Shown here piece by piece: positions 21,568 to 31,162 of a DNA stretch of 61,891 bases. The stretch spans positions 1 to 61,891 of the forward strand of contig JALNJZ010000008.1 of the NCBI GenBank assembly GCA_023261845.1, given 5' to 3'. Each line of letters opens with the position of its first letter. The stretch's first letter is position 1. The position numbers and the translations under genes are program-made. This DNA comes from Candidatus Terraquivivens tengchongensis. Lineage in GTDB: Archaea > Thermoproteota > Nitrososphaeria_A > Caldarchaeales > Wolframiiraptoraceae. The notes below the pieces were generated by a model that ran no database searches, was not told the DNA's origin, and saw nothing but the letters and a program-made list of their open reading frames with translations.

Positions 21568-22995
21568 ATGACTACATCTGACAAATTTTTAAGCGAACTT
21601 ATTAACAGGCTAGGACAGGAGTACGTTTCTGTAGATTCGCTTGAAAAGCTCGTTTATGCCCATGACTTCGCGGCCCTGCCCAAGTTTGTAAAACTACTCT
21701 TCAATACAACCCCTGATGTAATAGTACGACCAAAGAGTACAGAACACGTAACAGAGATTATGAAGTTGGCGAATGAGTACAAGATCCCTGTCATACCTCG
21801 GGGTAGCGCCACATGGGGGTTCGGGGGCACAGTGCCTGTAAAGGGTGGCATAATTTTAGACTTAACGGGGCTTAACAGGATAATTCATTTAGATGAGAAA
21901 AATGGGCTGCTGACCGTTGAATGTGGAGTCGTATGGGAAGATGTTATACGTTTTTTACGAAAGACGTGTTGGGAACTACCGACTTACCCTTCAAGTGCGT
22001 TAAGTTCAACTGTTGGCGGTTGGGCAGCCACTGGTGGGATAGGTTATGGTTCTCTTAAGTACGGCCCATTCGTTAAAAATGTTGTCAAGGTAACTGCTGT
22101 CCTTCCAGATGGAAGGGTCATTGTAGTTGATGATAACAGCGATCCTAGTTTATCACAACTCTTCGGGTCTGAGGGAATTTTATGTGTATTCACTGAGTTA
22201 ATTTTGAAGATGGTCCCGAAGAACGAGGCGGAAATGCCATTTATGGCAAACTTTAGCAATTTTGCTAACGCGTTGATGGCGGCTCAAGAGGTCTTGAGAT
22301 TAACAAGACCACATTCTCTTGTCCTAAGGACTTTCGGATTCGTTAGAACAAAGGATTACGTTGAATCCGATGCATATTTCTTTGGATGCTTTAATGATAA
22401 TAGACGTGACGTTTATGAGCAGTACCTTAAATTGGACAGTATCGTAAACCGATACCGAGGGTATCTTGTCCCGGAAGATGAAGCAAGACGTGAATGGGAA
22501 GAAAGATTTTATACTTTAAGAATCAAGAAATGGGGACCGAGTATCTTAGGCAACGAGTTCATAATACCAGTACACAAGATATTGGACATGGTGAGGTACT
22601 GTTGGCAGTTAGGTAATCAAGCGCATTTAGATGTAGAGGTCGAAGTCATGTTTATATCGAAAGACGAGGCCTTAATGTTCCCACTTTTCCTTTGTGACGA
22701 AAGAAAACCTATCAGATACCTTATGAGCGCAGCTATAGCGAAAAAAGTACTTGATGTAGCCATAAAGGTTGGAGGCAGACCCTACGGTTACGGATTATGG
22801 AACTTTCCCTTTATGGAGATTGCAGAGCCGGAGAAAAAAAGGGAGCTTGAACGTATGAAAAGCACGTTAGATTCACAGAACTTACTAAACCCGGGTAAAA
22901 CGATAGGTGCTGAGGTCATGCTAGGTCTTCCTCTTCCTGGAAAGCTCTACAGCACATTTATGGATGGTGTTTGGGTTTTAAGGAAGGTGATTTGA
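21568..22995 (+). CDS. GlcD/D-lactate dehydrogenase-like FAD-binding oxidoreductase
   Basis: PDVIVRP, PRGSATWGFGG, STVGGW, GSEGIL, LLNPGK (VAO/PCMH-type FAD domain). Confidence 0.88.
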   Translation: MTTSDKFLSELINRLGQEYVSVDSLEKLVYAHDFAALPKFVKLLFNTTPDVIVRPKSTEHVTEIMKLANEYKIPVIPRGSATWGFGGTVPVKGGIILDLTGLNRIIHLDEKNGLLTVECGVVWEDVIRFLRKTCWELPTYPSSALSSTVGGWAATGGIGYGSLKYGPFVKNVVKVTAVLPDGRVIVVDDNSDPSLSQLFGSEGILCVFTELILKMVPKNEAEMPFMANFSNFANALMAAQEVLRLTRPHSLVLRTFGFVRTKDYVESDAYFFGCFNDNRRDVYEQYLKLDSIVNRYRGYLVPEDEARREWEERFYTLRIKKWGPSILGNEFIIPVHKILDMVRYCWQLGNQAHLDVEVEVMFISKDEALMFPLFLCDERKPIRYLMSAAIAKKVLDVAIKVGGRPYGYGLWNFPFMEIAEPEKKRELERMKSTLDSQNLLNPGKTIGAEVMLGLPLPGKLYSTFMDGVWVLRKVI

Positions 22996-22996
22996 G

Positions 22997-24166
22997 ATGT
23001 TCATCATCCCAAAATTACAGCTGGAAGATATCTTCGCATGTGCCCAGTGTGGTTATTGTGTGAAGAAGTGCCCTGTTTACTACTTTTTGGGATGGGAGTC
23101 TACATCACCGAGGGGTAAAATGTTCACCCTTAAAGAAATTTTAGGAAACAATAGTAGATTGGACGAGCAAAAGATACATAAGCTCGGAAAACCACTTTCT
23201 ATGAGGTTTTTTAACTGCACGTTTTGTGGACTATGCAAAGAAGTCTGTCACGTAGAGGTCGATTTGCTGGAAACATGGTCAAAAGTTAGGGAAGTATTGT
23301 ATGAGCTCGGGATTGTACCTGAGAGCATTATCAAGCTATCCGAAACAGTAAAGCAGTCAAAGAACATTTACATGATGGATAATACATCAAGAATGGACTG
23401 GGTTACTTATACTGGTGCTGATGTAAACTTTAAGGATTCGGCAGAAGTTGTCTATTTTGTTGGTTGTATAACGTCATTCTCCGGCAGGGTTCAGTCAATT
23501 GCGCAAGCGGTTTCGTCACTCTTAAATTATGTAAACGAAGATTGGACGTTGTTGAAAGATGAGTGGTGCTGTGGTCATCCACTAGTCCTCTCTGGTGCTA
23601 TTAGAGAGGCCAGGGTCTTGGCGTTCCACAACGTCGAGATGATAGAATCCACAGGTGCAAAGAAGGTTGTGACAGGTTGTCCAGGTTGCTACCTAGCGCT
23701 TAAACATGAATACCCGAGACTTTTAGGGAAAAAACCCAAGTTTGAGGTGTTGCATTCCAGCCAACTTCTTAGCACCTACATAACTTCTGGAAGGCTTGTG
23801 GTTCCTAAGTCAGACATAACACTAACCTATCATGACCCCTGTGAGCTCGGAAGAATATCCGGCATCATCCGAGAGCCACGAGTAGTCTTACAAAGTGTTA
23901 CAGATACATTCGTAGAGCCTGAGTATTTTGGAAGAGAATCGATATGTTGTGGTTCCGGAGGCCTCCTGAAAGCGGTCAACCCATCTCTAGCTGAAAGCAT
24001 TGCTCAAAGGAGGTATGGAATGTTAGCATCCACAAATGTTGAAGTAATTGTCTCAGCATGTCCTACATGTGTTCAAACACTCGCCCAAACGGCCACCACG
24101 ATGCAAAATGGTAGGCGCGTTATCGACCTATCGCAACTAATAGCCGAGCAAGTAGGTTTAATGTAG
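22997..24166 (+). CDS. HdrD/GlcF-like Fe-S oxidoreductase, copy 3
   Basis: CAQCGYCVKKCP, SPRGK, CTFCGLCKEVC and two CCG domains. Confidence 0.9.
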   Translation: MFIIPKLQLEDIFACAQCGYCVKKCPVYYFLGWESTSPRGKMFTLKEILGNNSRLDEQKIHKLGKPLSMRFFNCTFCGLCKEVCHVEVDLLETWSKVREVLYELGIVPESIIKLSETVKQSKNIYMMDNTSRMDWVTYTGADVNFKDSAEVVYFVGCITSFSGRVQSIAQAVSSLLNYVNEDWTLLKDEWCCGHPLVLSGAIREARVLAFHNVEMIESTGAKKVVTGCPGCYLALKHEYPRLLGKKPKFEVLHSSQLLSTYITSGRLVVPKSDITLTYHDPCELGRISGIIREPRVVLQSVTDTFVEPEYFGRESICCGSGGLLKAVNPSLAESIAQRRYGMLASTNVEVIVSACPTCVQTLAQTATTMQNGRRVIDLSQLIAEQVGLM

Positions 24167-24203
24167 CAATAAAAAGTTTTAATTTTTTAAAATCATAGGT
24201 CAA

Positions 24204-24632
24204 CTATTTGATAATTTTCGGTATCTCTTCTTGTAGCCACGGAATCATATCCTCAACTTTCGAGAATAAACCTTTCAGTTCATCCTCAAGTTTTGAAGGC
24301 TTTATAAGAGCCAACCATCCTTTTCCGTAAGGGTCTTCATTCAAAAGCTTAGGCTGAGACTTCAGGGCCTCGTTAAGCTCCACTATAGTTCCAGACACGG
24401 GAGACTTCAAGGGTCCAACCCATTTTCCGGTTTCTATGGTCCCTATAGGTTTACCTGCCTCCACAACTTTACCCTTTGGCATGAGTCTAACGTACACTAT
24501 CGGACCAGCCGCTTGCTGCACTAAGTCCGTAACACCAACCCTCACGAGGTCCCCCTCGATTTTTAACCATAGATGGTCCTTGGAGTAGTACAAACCTTCC
24601 GGAAACTCGTACTTGTCAAATAGCTTCACCAT
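24204..24632 (-). CDS. gcvH: Lipoyl carrier protein (GcvH/LbpA-like) with intact lipoyl Lys
   Basis: LYYSKDHLW, GTIETGKWVGP, NEDPYGKGW; ATG 24632 after GGAGGTGG SD. Confidence 0.92.
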   Translation of the reverse strand: MVKLFDKYEFPEGLYYSKDHLWLKIEGDLVRVGVTDLVQQAAGPIVYVRLMPKGKVVEAGKPIGTIETGKWVGPLKSPVSGTIVELNEALKSQPKLLNEDPYGKGWLALIKPSKLEDELKGLFSKVEDMIPWLQEEIPKIIK

Positions 24633-24718
24633 AACTACCACCTCCATCTAGTCAAACCTAATTGCAAATAAGCATTACCCATTTTTTAAAAACTCTTTAA
24701 AATAATTAGTTTGTGTCT

Positions 24719-25174
24719 TTAGGAATGATTTGGGCTAATGACCTCATATTCTGTCATTACGGCTATAGCAGGTTTTATGGACCTAGTTAAGTGGCAGTAT
24801 TCTATAGCTAACTTTGCGCATCTCGTAACCTTCTCGAGTTCTGGACTCTCTGCTAAAACCTTTAATTTAATTTTTATATTGGTGATCCTGTATCCCCCAC
24901 TATCTAACTTAACCTCTCCGTCAACGCTAACTTCCATACCATCTATCTTTGCACCCAGTCGCCGCTGGAAGTAGATGAACATAGTTATCATACACCCCCC
25001 TAAGGCAGAAAGAAACACCTCATCCGGACATGGATACCTTCCTAAGCCACCGAAGTCCTTAGGCATGTCTAGACGAATAGCACCCGCTTTGGTAAAAGCC
25101 TCAGCACCTGTAGAGTGGTCCCACCGTAAACTTACGTTAAAAGTCAGGGAGTCTGACTTGGCTTCATTACTCAT
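24719..25174 (-). CDS. OsmC/Ohr family protein
   Basis: DMPKDFGG, PDEVFLSALGGC and AIEYCHLTRS; both conserved Cys present. Confidence 0.85.
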   Translation of the reverse strand: MSNEAKSDSLTFNVSLRWDHSTGAEAFTKAGAIRLDMPKDFGGLGRYPCPDEVFLSALGGCMITMFIYFQRRLGAKIDGMEVSVDGEVKLDSGGYRITNIKIKLKVLAESPELEKVTRCAKLAIEYCHLTRSIKPAIAVMTEYEVISPNHS

Positions 25175-25209
25175 AAGGTTTTATGTTGTTATACCTTACT
25201 TAAAGATGT

Positions 25210-26283
25210 TTAGGTTTTCTCCTCAAAACCACCGACGTCTATACTCACATACTCACCAGATTCCTCAACAGACCTATTGATTGCAACTTCTCCTATGTAT
25301 CTGTAGTTTAGGACGATATTTCTCAAAGACCTAACTATGCCTGATAGAGATGGACAGACGTTGACGTCGTACTTTTTTGGAGCCATCATCTCGGCTGCCT
25401 CAAGAACTTTCACAAGCTTGTTTGCAGACTCAATAGCGTTATTGCCGCCTACTAAGTCTCTTGTGATAAGGGAATCGATTGCTGTGTTTGATAACTTTCT
25501 AATCTCCTCACGTATGTTGGCAAACCAATGGGCGGTCTCTGCATCGAGTTTATAGCCAAGTTTTAGCAAGTTTTCGACGTATCTGGATATGTATTTGCTA
25601 TCTGTAACTATACTTTTTAACATTCTAACAACCGTCCTATTTCCTAAGAGCCAAAGATTAGACCTTATACCAAGCTCCTTTGCTAAAGTCTTATCATTGA
25701 CCGATAGGAGCAGTTGCCTTGTTACAAGCCAATAAATTTTGTCACACTCTACCTCAAGCGCCTTGATATCTTCAAGCCGCTTTGGATCCTCTTCACCTAA
25801 AAGGATGCCCAGTGCCACCTCATACATGTTAGAAGATATTAGGTGGAGTCTACGGATGGAGCTATCGATTGTTGGTCTAGAAGGGTCAGCAAGACTTTGG
25901 AGTATGATTATGTTATCGGTTTGCTCTGTTACATGAAGTCCTACAAGCATCTCTGTTAGAGCGCGTATCCCTTCAATGTCGTTAGGTTTAAAACCATTCT
26001 TCGTCTGTATCCAAATGATTTTGTGACCAACCATGTATGCGCCGATTATGATTCTCCGTAACATATTTTGTGAGGGGCAAATATCTGCGTTGATAACACA
26101 TATAGCGGGCGGGGTCTCAAATTCACTATCAGCTTTCTTTATTTTAATGTAATTTTCTTCGGCACCATCTATGAGGACGTAGTCGCCCTCTTTTAGCTTG
26201 ACCAAGGATGTCCACTCTTTAGGTAAAGTCACCGCTAGAGCAGACCTACCAAGTCTTATGACCTTACGGAGGTGTGGACGCAT
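25210..26283 (-). CDS. AbrB-PhoU type archaeal regulator, copy 2
   Basis: RKVIRLGRSALAVTLPKEW; clear paralog of 19929-21020 (shared YWLxxRQL and LWLLGNR). Confidence 0.85.
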   Translation of the reverse strand: MRPHLRKVIRLGRSALAVTLPKEWTSLVKLKEGDYVLIDGAEENYIKIKKADSEFETPPAICVINADICPSQNMLRRIIIGAYMVGHKIIWIQTKNGFKPNDIEGIRALTEMLVGLHVTEQTDNIIILQSLADPSRPTIDSSIRRLHLISSNMYEVALGILLGEEDPKRLEDIKALEVECDKIYWLVTRQLLLSVNDKTLAKELGIRSNLWLLGNRTVVRMLKSIVTDSKYISRYVENLLKLGYKLDAETAHWFANIREEIRKLSNTAIDSLITRDLVGGNNAIESANKLVKVLEAAEMMAPKKYDVNVCPSLSGIVRSLRNIVLNYRYIGEVAINRSVEESGEYVSIDVGGFEEKT

Positions 26284-26446
26284 ACCAAGTGACGTATTCC
26301 GTCATCTCAATATATACCTTTACCGATAGCGCACAGACCCACATATACAAAATTAGGCGATAAGAAGTTTTTAAAGACCTGGTCACCTGTATGCTACGGA
26401 ATAAAATAGTGGTGCTAGTTATTGTTAACGTAGAGGTCGATGTCCT

Positions 26447-27493
26447 TTGGATAGGATAACGATGGCTCATGGTGCGGGGGGCGTCGTAATGCAATCTCTG
26501 ATTAAGGATTTTATACTCAAGAACCTTGCATGGGGAAGTGCTGAAGTTCCTCTTGAGGCATTAGATGATGCAGCTGTCGTAGATGGTATTGTGATAAAGT
26601 CAGATTCTTATACGGTTAAGCCATTATTCTTTCCAGGTGGCGACATAGGAAGGTTGGCAGTCTCGGGAACTGTGAATGACATATCTGTGTTGGGGGCCGA
26701 GCCCGTTGCTCTCGCAATGGGTTTTGTTTTAGAAGAGGGGTTTCCACTGTCGGATTTTGAGAGGATAATCTTAAGCATAAGACAAACATGCATGGAGGCT
26801 AACGTGTTCGTAGCAACCGGTGACACGAAAGTCGTGGAAAGGGGTGCTTTAGATGAGTTCATTATAAACTCGTCCGGTATCGGAAGAAGACAGGCCGTGT
26901 TGGATCACAATCTTAGTGTCGTTAAACGTTACAGGAATATCGAGGCGCGATGGCTCCTTGACTCTAACGTTAGACCAGGTGACAAGATAATAGTTTCTGG
27001 GACTATCGGCGACCATGGCATAGCCGTACTTTCCTCAAGGGAGGGTTACGGGTTCGACACAATCATAAAGTCTGATGTTGCACCCCTTAACAAAATGATA
27101 AAGAAGGCCTTAGAGGTCGGCGGAATCGTTGCTATGAAAGACCCAACGAGAGGTGGTCTATCAAATGCCCTTAACGAGTGGTCTCAAAAATCAAGGGTTG
27201 GAATTTACATAAAAGAAGAGAAAATACCGATAAGGGAGGGCGTTAGGGCTGCCTGCGAGATGCTTGGTATAGATCCTCTTGAAGTAGGAAACGAAGGGAA
27301 AGTTATAATCGCGGTGGTGCCCCAGATGGCCGAGACAGTACTGGAGGCCATACGTGAGACACCAGAAGGAAGAGATGCTGAGATAATAGGTGAGGCCACC
27401 GATAAGTATGAACACGTCGTACTTGAGACAATAGTAGGCGGTAGGAGGCTTTTACCTCCGCCAATCGGCGATCCTGTTCCGAGAATCTGCTGA
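26447..27493 (+). CDS. hypE: Carbamoyl dehydratase HypE
   Basis: HGAGG, GDIGRLAVSGTVND, DPTRGG, C-terminal PRIC. Confidence 0.97.
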   Translation: MDRITMAHGAGGVVMQSLIKDFILKNLAWGSAEVPLEALDDAAVVDGIVIKSDSYTVKPLFFPGGDIGRLAVSGTVNDISVLGAEPVALAMGFVLEEGFPLSDFERIILSIRQTCMEANVFVATGDTKVVERGALDEFIINSSGIGRRQAVLDHNLSVVKRYRNIEARWLLDSNVRPGDKIIVSGTIGDHGIAVLSSREGYGFDTIIKSDVAPLNKMIKKALEVGGIVAMKDPTRGGLSNALNEWSQKSRVGIYIKEEKIPIREGVRAACEMLGIDPLEVGNEGKVIIAVVPQMAETVLEAIRETPEGRDAEIIGEATDKYEHVVLETIVGGRRLLPPPIGDPVPRIC

Positions 27494-27494
27494 A

Positions 27495-28565
27495 CTATTT
27501 ATCAAACACATTAAGACGCGATAGTTCTTTCTTGACGAAGGCTTCCCTTTTCTCGTCATCAAGGTCGTTTACGAACATATGCATCTTGAGCAGGAACTCC
27601 CTAAGCCCCTCTATCCTCGATTCATAAATTGGCGTCAGGTTTGTGTTCTCTTCTTGCGATATCTTAATGGACTCTGCAGCGGCCGTCCCACTCTCGATCG
27701 CAAGCCTTATGCCTTCTCCTGAGAAAGGGTTACAAAATCCTCCAGCATCACCAACGAGCACGACATTCTCGAGCCCTGTTGATGATATGGCAAACGGTAT
27801 GTATGCAGTTTCTCTCGTATTCATCCTTACAGGTTTAAATGAAAACTCATCTCTTAGCAGATTCAAAAGCTTCTTCATGTAAGACTGAAAGTCAATAGTT
27901 CTGCTTTCGAAGCCAAAACCTACAAGAAATTTTCCGTCCTTGGGAATTACGTAACCGTAGGTCGGCACGATTTTGCCATTGAGGATTACATAGAAATTAT
28001 CTTCGAAATCGCCTTCTCCATCCCAAACTTCTTGCACGACAGCGAGTGTTCTAGGCTTATAGTTCGGAAATAAACAAGAACGAACCTTTGAAAAAACACC
28101 ATCAGCACCGACTACATAAGTGGCTTCGAAGACCTCCATAATGCCATTTATCCTTACTTTTAGCATGTTATACTTCCCTAGCTTCAGCTCGATAAACTCT
28201 GCACGGTACAAAAGATCGACATTGTGCGTCCTAGCTTCTTCCCTTAACCATTCATCAAAGGCAACCCTACGCAAATTGATTAATGAATAATTTTTCATCG
28301 CGCCGCCGTTGCGCTTCCCACTAGGCGGTACATAAAAAAGCCCTAATCTTTCCGGGACAGATAACACTGACTGGGGAATGCATAATCCTAACTCGAGTTC
28401 CAGTAAATCTTTTGTTACGGTCGGTGTAACACCGCCGCAGACCTTTTTTCTGTAGCGTGTTGATTTTTCCAACAGCGCTGTTTTAAATCCCATCTTAGCG
28501 CATTTTATCGCACACGCAACACCCGCAGGACCGCCACCGACCACTATCACATCAAACCTGCGCAC
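27495..28565 (-). CDS. FAD-dependent oxidoreductase, geranylgeranyl-reductase family; LipT-like by context
   Basis: VVGGGPAG, KVCGG, GADG, GDAGGFCNPFSGEGI; overlaps the end of the lipoate ligase gene. Confidence 0.8.
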   Translation of the reverse strand: MRRFDVIVVGGGPAGVACAIKCAKMGFKTALLEKSTRYRKKVCGGVTPTVTKDLLELELGLCIPQSVLSVPERLGLFYVPPSGKRNGGAMKNYSLINLRRVAFDEWLREEARTHNVDLLYRAEFIELKLGKYNMLKVRINGIMEVFEATYVVGADGVFSKVRSCLFPNYKPRTLAVVQEVWDGEGDFEDNFYVILNGKIVPTYGYVIPKDGKFLVGFGFESRTIDFQSYMKKLLNLLRDEFSFKPVRMNTRETAYIPFAISSTGLENVVLVGDAGGFCNPFSGEGIRLAIESGTAAAESIKISQEENTNLTPIYESRIEGLREFLLKMHMFVNDLDDEKREAFVKKELSRLNVFDK

Positions 28566-30142
28566 TTTTTATCACCCATTTTAGAGGATGCCGCCAAGAC
28601 TTTCTTAAGAAGTGTTAGGTTAATCTTGGTCTGGGCCTCGAAGCCACCCCTATATGCCTCTTCTGCCTTGCCCAAATCATAGCAGGTTTTGTCCTCGATA
28701 TCTATTATTATCCCTGGCACACCAACATCTCTCATCTCATCCCGATGTTTTACATAAAATGCTTCACAACAACACCCAACAAAGCCCTTTGCACCTTTGG
28801 CCTTCATCATCCTCAAAACCTCTATCAGGTGTTCAAAGTTACAGATCGTTACGGGTTTTATACCAAATTCTTCCGCTAAGCGATATGCCTCGCCAACTGT
28901 GCATTTACCACATTTTGTACACTCATCCGTTCTTCTATACATGCATGATACCATCTTAGAACAGTATGGTAGCAGCATATAGTCGAAACCGTTCTTTAAC
29001 GTTGACTTGATGCCGTTTGTTATTGGATATATGTTGTTGACCTCATTATTATCTATACCGTAAGATTCAAGCTCAGTTTTTTCTAAGGCCTCTAGTATGA
29101 GTTCTACAACATCATCTTCGGTTATGCTGAGTGCCCTAACATGTTTTTCATTAAATATTCTGTGAACTATTTCCCTTATTTTATCAGCATCTGCTGGGAT
29201 GAACTTAAGGGCAGCCTCCAAGTCCATGATTGCTCTTTGTGGGAATATGAAGAAGTCCCCTGTTATCAGCACACTTTTTATAATGTTTGCATCCTTGTCC
29301 ACGCTCAACGATACGTGGATGACGCCACCCGGCTTCTTATCAACTGCATGTACCATAGTAGAACCTTTTAGTGAGCGCCTATCCATGAATATCCACTCTT
29401 CGGAACCGAACCACGATAGCTTTTTCTCAAAAAGCTCTAACTCGTGATTGGTAAGTTCACCGAGTTTAAGTTCTATGTTAAGTGTCTCCTCGAAGCCTCT
29501 GATTAATGCGCTCTTGATTTCCTCATAATCTGGGATATAGCCCAGCTCCCACTTAAGACATGTTACTCTCTTCTTCACAGATTCCAGCTCTTTATCCTTG
29601 AGCTTTATTATTGGAATCTTTAACACCTTTATCATCGTCTCGACGTCAAAGTTTACGAGGAGCGTGCCTTGGAAGAGAAAGGCATCCTCTCTTTCAACAC
29701 CACCCGTGCCCGATATCTTCCTACCATCTATCTCTATGTCGTTCCTAGGTCGGAAGCAGGCGTTTAAACCAAACTCTTTTAGAGCATTTACAACGCATTC
29801 GCACATCGTCTTAAAGATCCATTCTAAAGAGTAGTTCGTGCATACTGAGTGCTTTGATGCTATTACCTCCCACCCAATGGTAGAGCTGTCAAAGTAGATA
29901 GCGCCGCCCCCTGTTAACCTCCTGTTAACGTCTATACCTTTTTCCTTTGCGTATTCCAATCGAACCTCTTGCTCAACGTCTTGGTGATACCCAACGAGGG
30001 CTGCAGGTGGACTGAACCTCAAAAACCTTACAGTATCTGGTACCAGGTTCCTTGCTCTACATTCTAATATCACGTTGTCGAGTGTCATGTTTTCAGACGC
30101 AGGTCTAAGGCCTGTATCAATAAGTCTCCACTGACGCAACAC
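28547..30142 (-). CDS. lplA: Lipoate:protein ligase (catalytic + LplB-like domain) fused to a Cys-rich DUF116-like domain
   Basis: RRLTGGGAIY, NDIEIDGRKISG, QGTLL, ITGDFF; tail LLPYC...CTKCGKC...GCCC. Confidence 0.88.
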   Translation of the reverse strand: MLRQWRLIDTGLRPASENMTLDNVILECRARNLVPDTVRFLRFSPPAALVGYHQDVEQEVRLEYAKEKGIDVNRRLTGGGAIYFDSSTIGWEVIASKHSVCTNYSLEWIFKTMCECVVNALKEFGLNACFRPRNDIEIDGRKISGTGGVEREDAFLFQGTLLVNFDVETMIKVLKIPIIKLKDKELESVKKRVTCLKWELGYIPDYEEIKSALIRGFEETLNIELKLGELTNHELELFEKKLSWFGSEEWIFMDRRSLKGSTMVHAVDKKPGGVIHVSLSVDKDANIIKSVLITGDFFIFPQRAIMDLEAALKFIPADADKIREIVHRIFNEKHVRALSITEDDVVELILEALEKTELESYGIDNNEVNNIYPITNGIKSTLKNGFDYMLLPYCSKMVSCMYRRTDECTKCGKCTVGEAYRLAEEFGIKPVTICNFEHLIEVLRMMKAKGAKGFVGCCCEAFYVKHRDEMRDVGVPGIIIDIEDKTCYDLGKAEEAYRGGFEAQTKINLTLLKKVLAASSKMGDKKCAGLM

Positions 30143-30143
30143 T

Positions 30144-31133
30144 TTACACCTTTTGAGCGACGTCCTGCCATATTAATGAACAGCAACTGTCATGAATGAC
30201 GACATTTAGACCCAACTTTCTTGCAAACTTGTAAGCTTCTTCACTAGGATAAGCAATACCGTTGACTCCTACCTTTAACGCCAAAACATCTATCGCAGAC
30301 CTTAGCGCACCCCTTGCTCTGGCACACCCTAGCGTTATAGGAGTATTTGGCATCAAAAGCCTAGCAAAAAGAATTACACGTATGATGTCTACAGGGCTAG
30401 GAGGAGTGCTTTCCATAGGTGTGTTGGCAAGGGGCATTAAGGCGACAACCACGAGAGTATCCGGCCTATACTTAGAAACAATCTCTACAGCTTTCTTCTC
30501 GCCCAAAATCTGGCCATAATGCATACCAACGACTATATGTGGCACCATGGACACATGATGTTTCTTTAAATTATCTAGAGACCTTTCGTAGTCCGCCACT
30601 GTTTTATTTAACTTCAGCACATCTCTTATGGTTTCGTCGGAACCGACAATATCCATCATGGCAGCATCAATACCAGCATAGGCCAGACCTTCGGCGAGCT
30701 CTTCGTCAACTAAACCCGTGTGCACTACTACGTGAAGCCCAAGCTCATCTTTTATCCTCTTCAGCACAGGTATAAACTTCTTTATCGGAACGCGCCCATC
30801 CTCAAGGCTTCCACCCGTCACAAGGCAACCAACACCGCCAGCCTCCTTTACCCTAAGGCAGACATCGAACAGGGCTTCGGGTGTCGTCGCATGAAGCATA
30901 CTCTTTAGGAGCGTACCTTTGCAGTGCTCGCACTGTAGCCTGCAGACCGTACCGGTTATCGATATTCCGGGAAAGCGAAGGACGTTAGCGGGCGTGTAAA
31001 ACGAGGTTTCAACATGCACCATACCTGGAAAGTAGAAATGAACTTCATCTGGAAAGTTTGCGCGCGTTATCTTCCATGCTTTTTCTATTAGCGGCTTTAG
31101 TTCATCAAATTTTAGGCTGAAGCAGGAACCCAT
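30144..31133 (-). CDS. lipS1: Radical SAM lipoyl synthase component LipS1
   Basis: CRLQCEHC plus GCAR and C-terminal CC motifs characteristic of LipS1; adjacent to lipoate ligase. Confidence 0.8.
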   Translation of the reverse strand: MGSCFSLKFDELKPLIEKAWKITRANFPDEVHFYFPGMVHVETSFYTPANVLRFPGISITGTVCRLQCEHCKGTLLKSMLHATTPEALFDVCLRVKEAGGVGCLVTGGSLEDGRVPIKKFIPVLKRIKDELGLHVVVHTGLVDEELAEGLAYAGIDAAMMDIVGSDETIRDVLKLNKTVADYERSLDNLKKHHVSMVPHIVVGMHYGQILGEKKAVEIVSKYRPDTLVVVALMPLANTPMESTPPSPVDIIRVILFARLLMPNTPITLGCARARGALRSAIDVLALKVGVNGIAYPSEEAYKFARKLGLNVVIHDSCCSLIWQDVAQKV

Positions 31134-31162
31134 CTAACCACCGACGGTGTTGTTTGCTTAAT

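Noticed and set aside
17438-24632. Glycine cleavage system
   Set aside because: No P, T or L protein genes in the window, and two of three H-like proteins lack the lipoyl Lys
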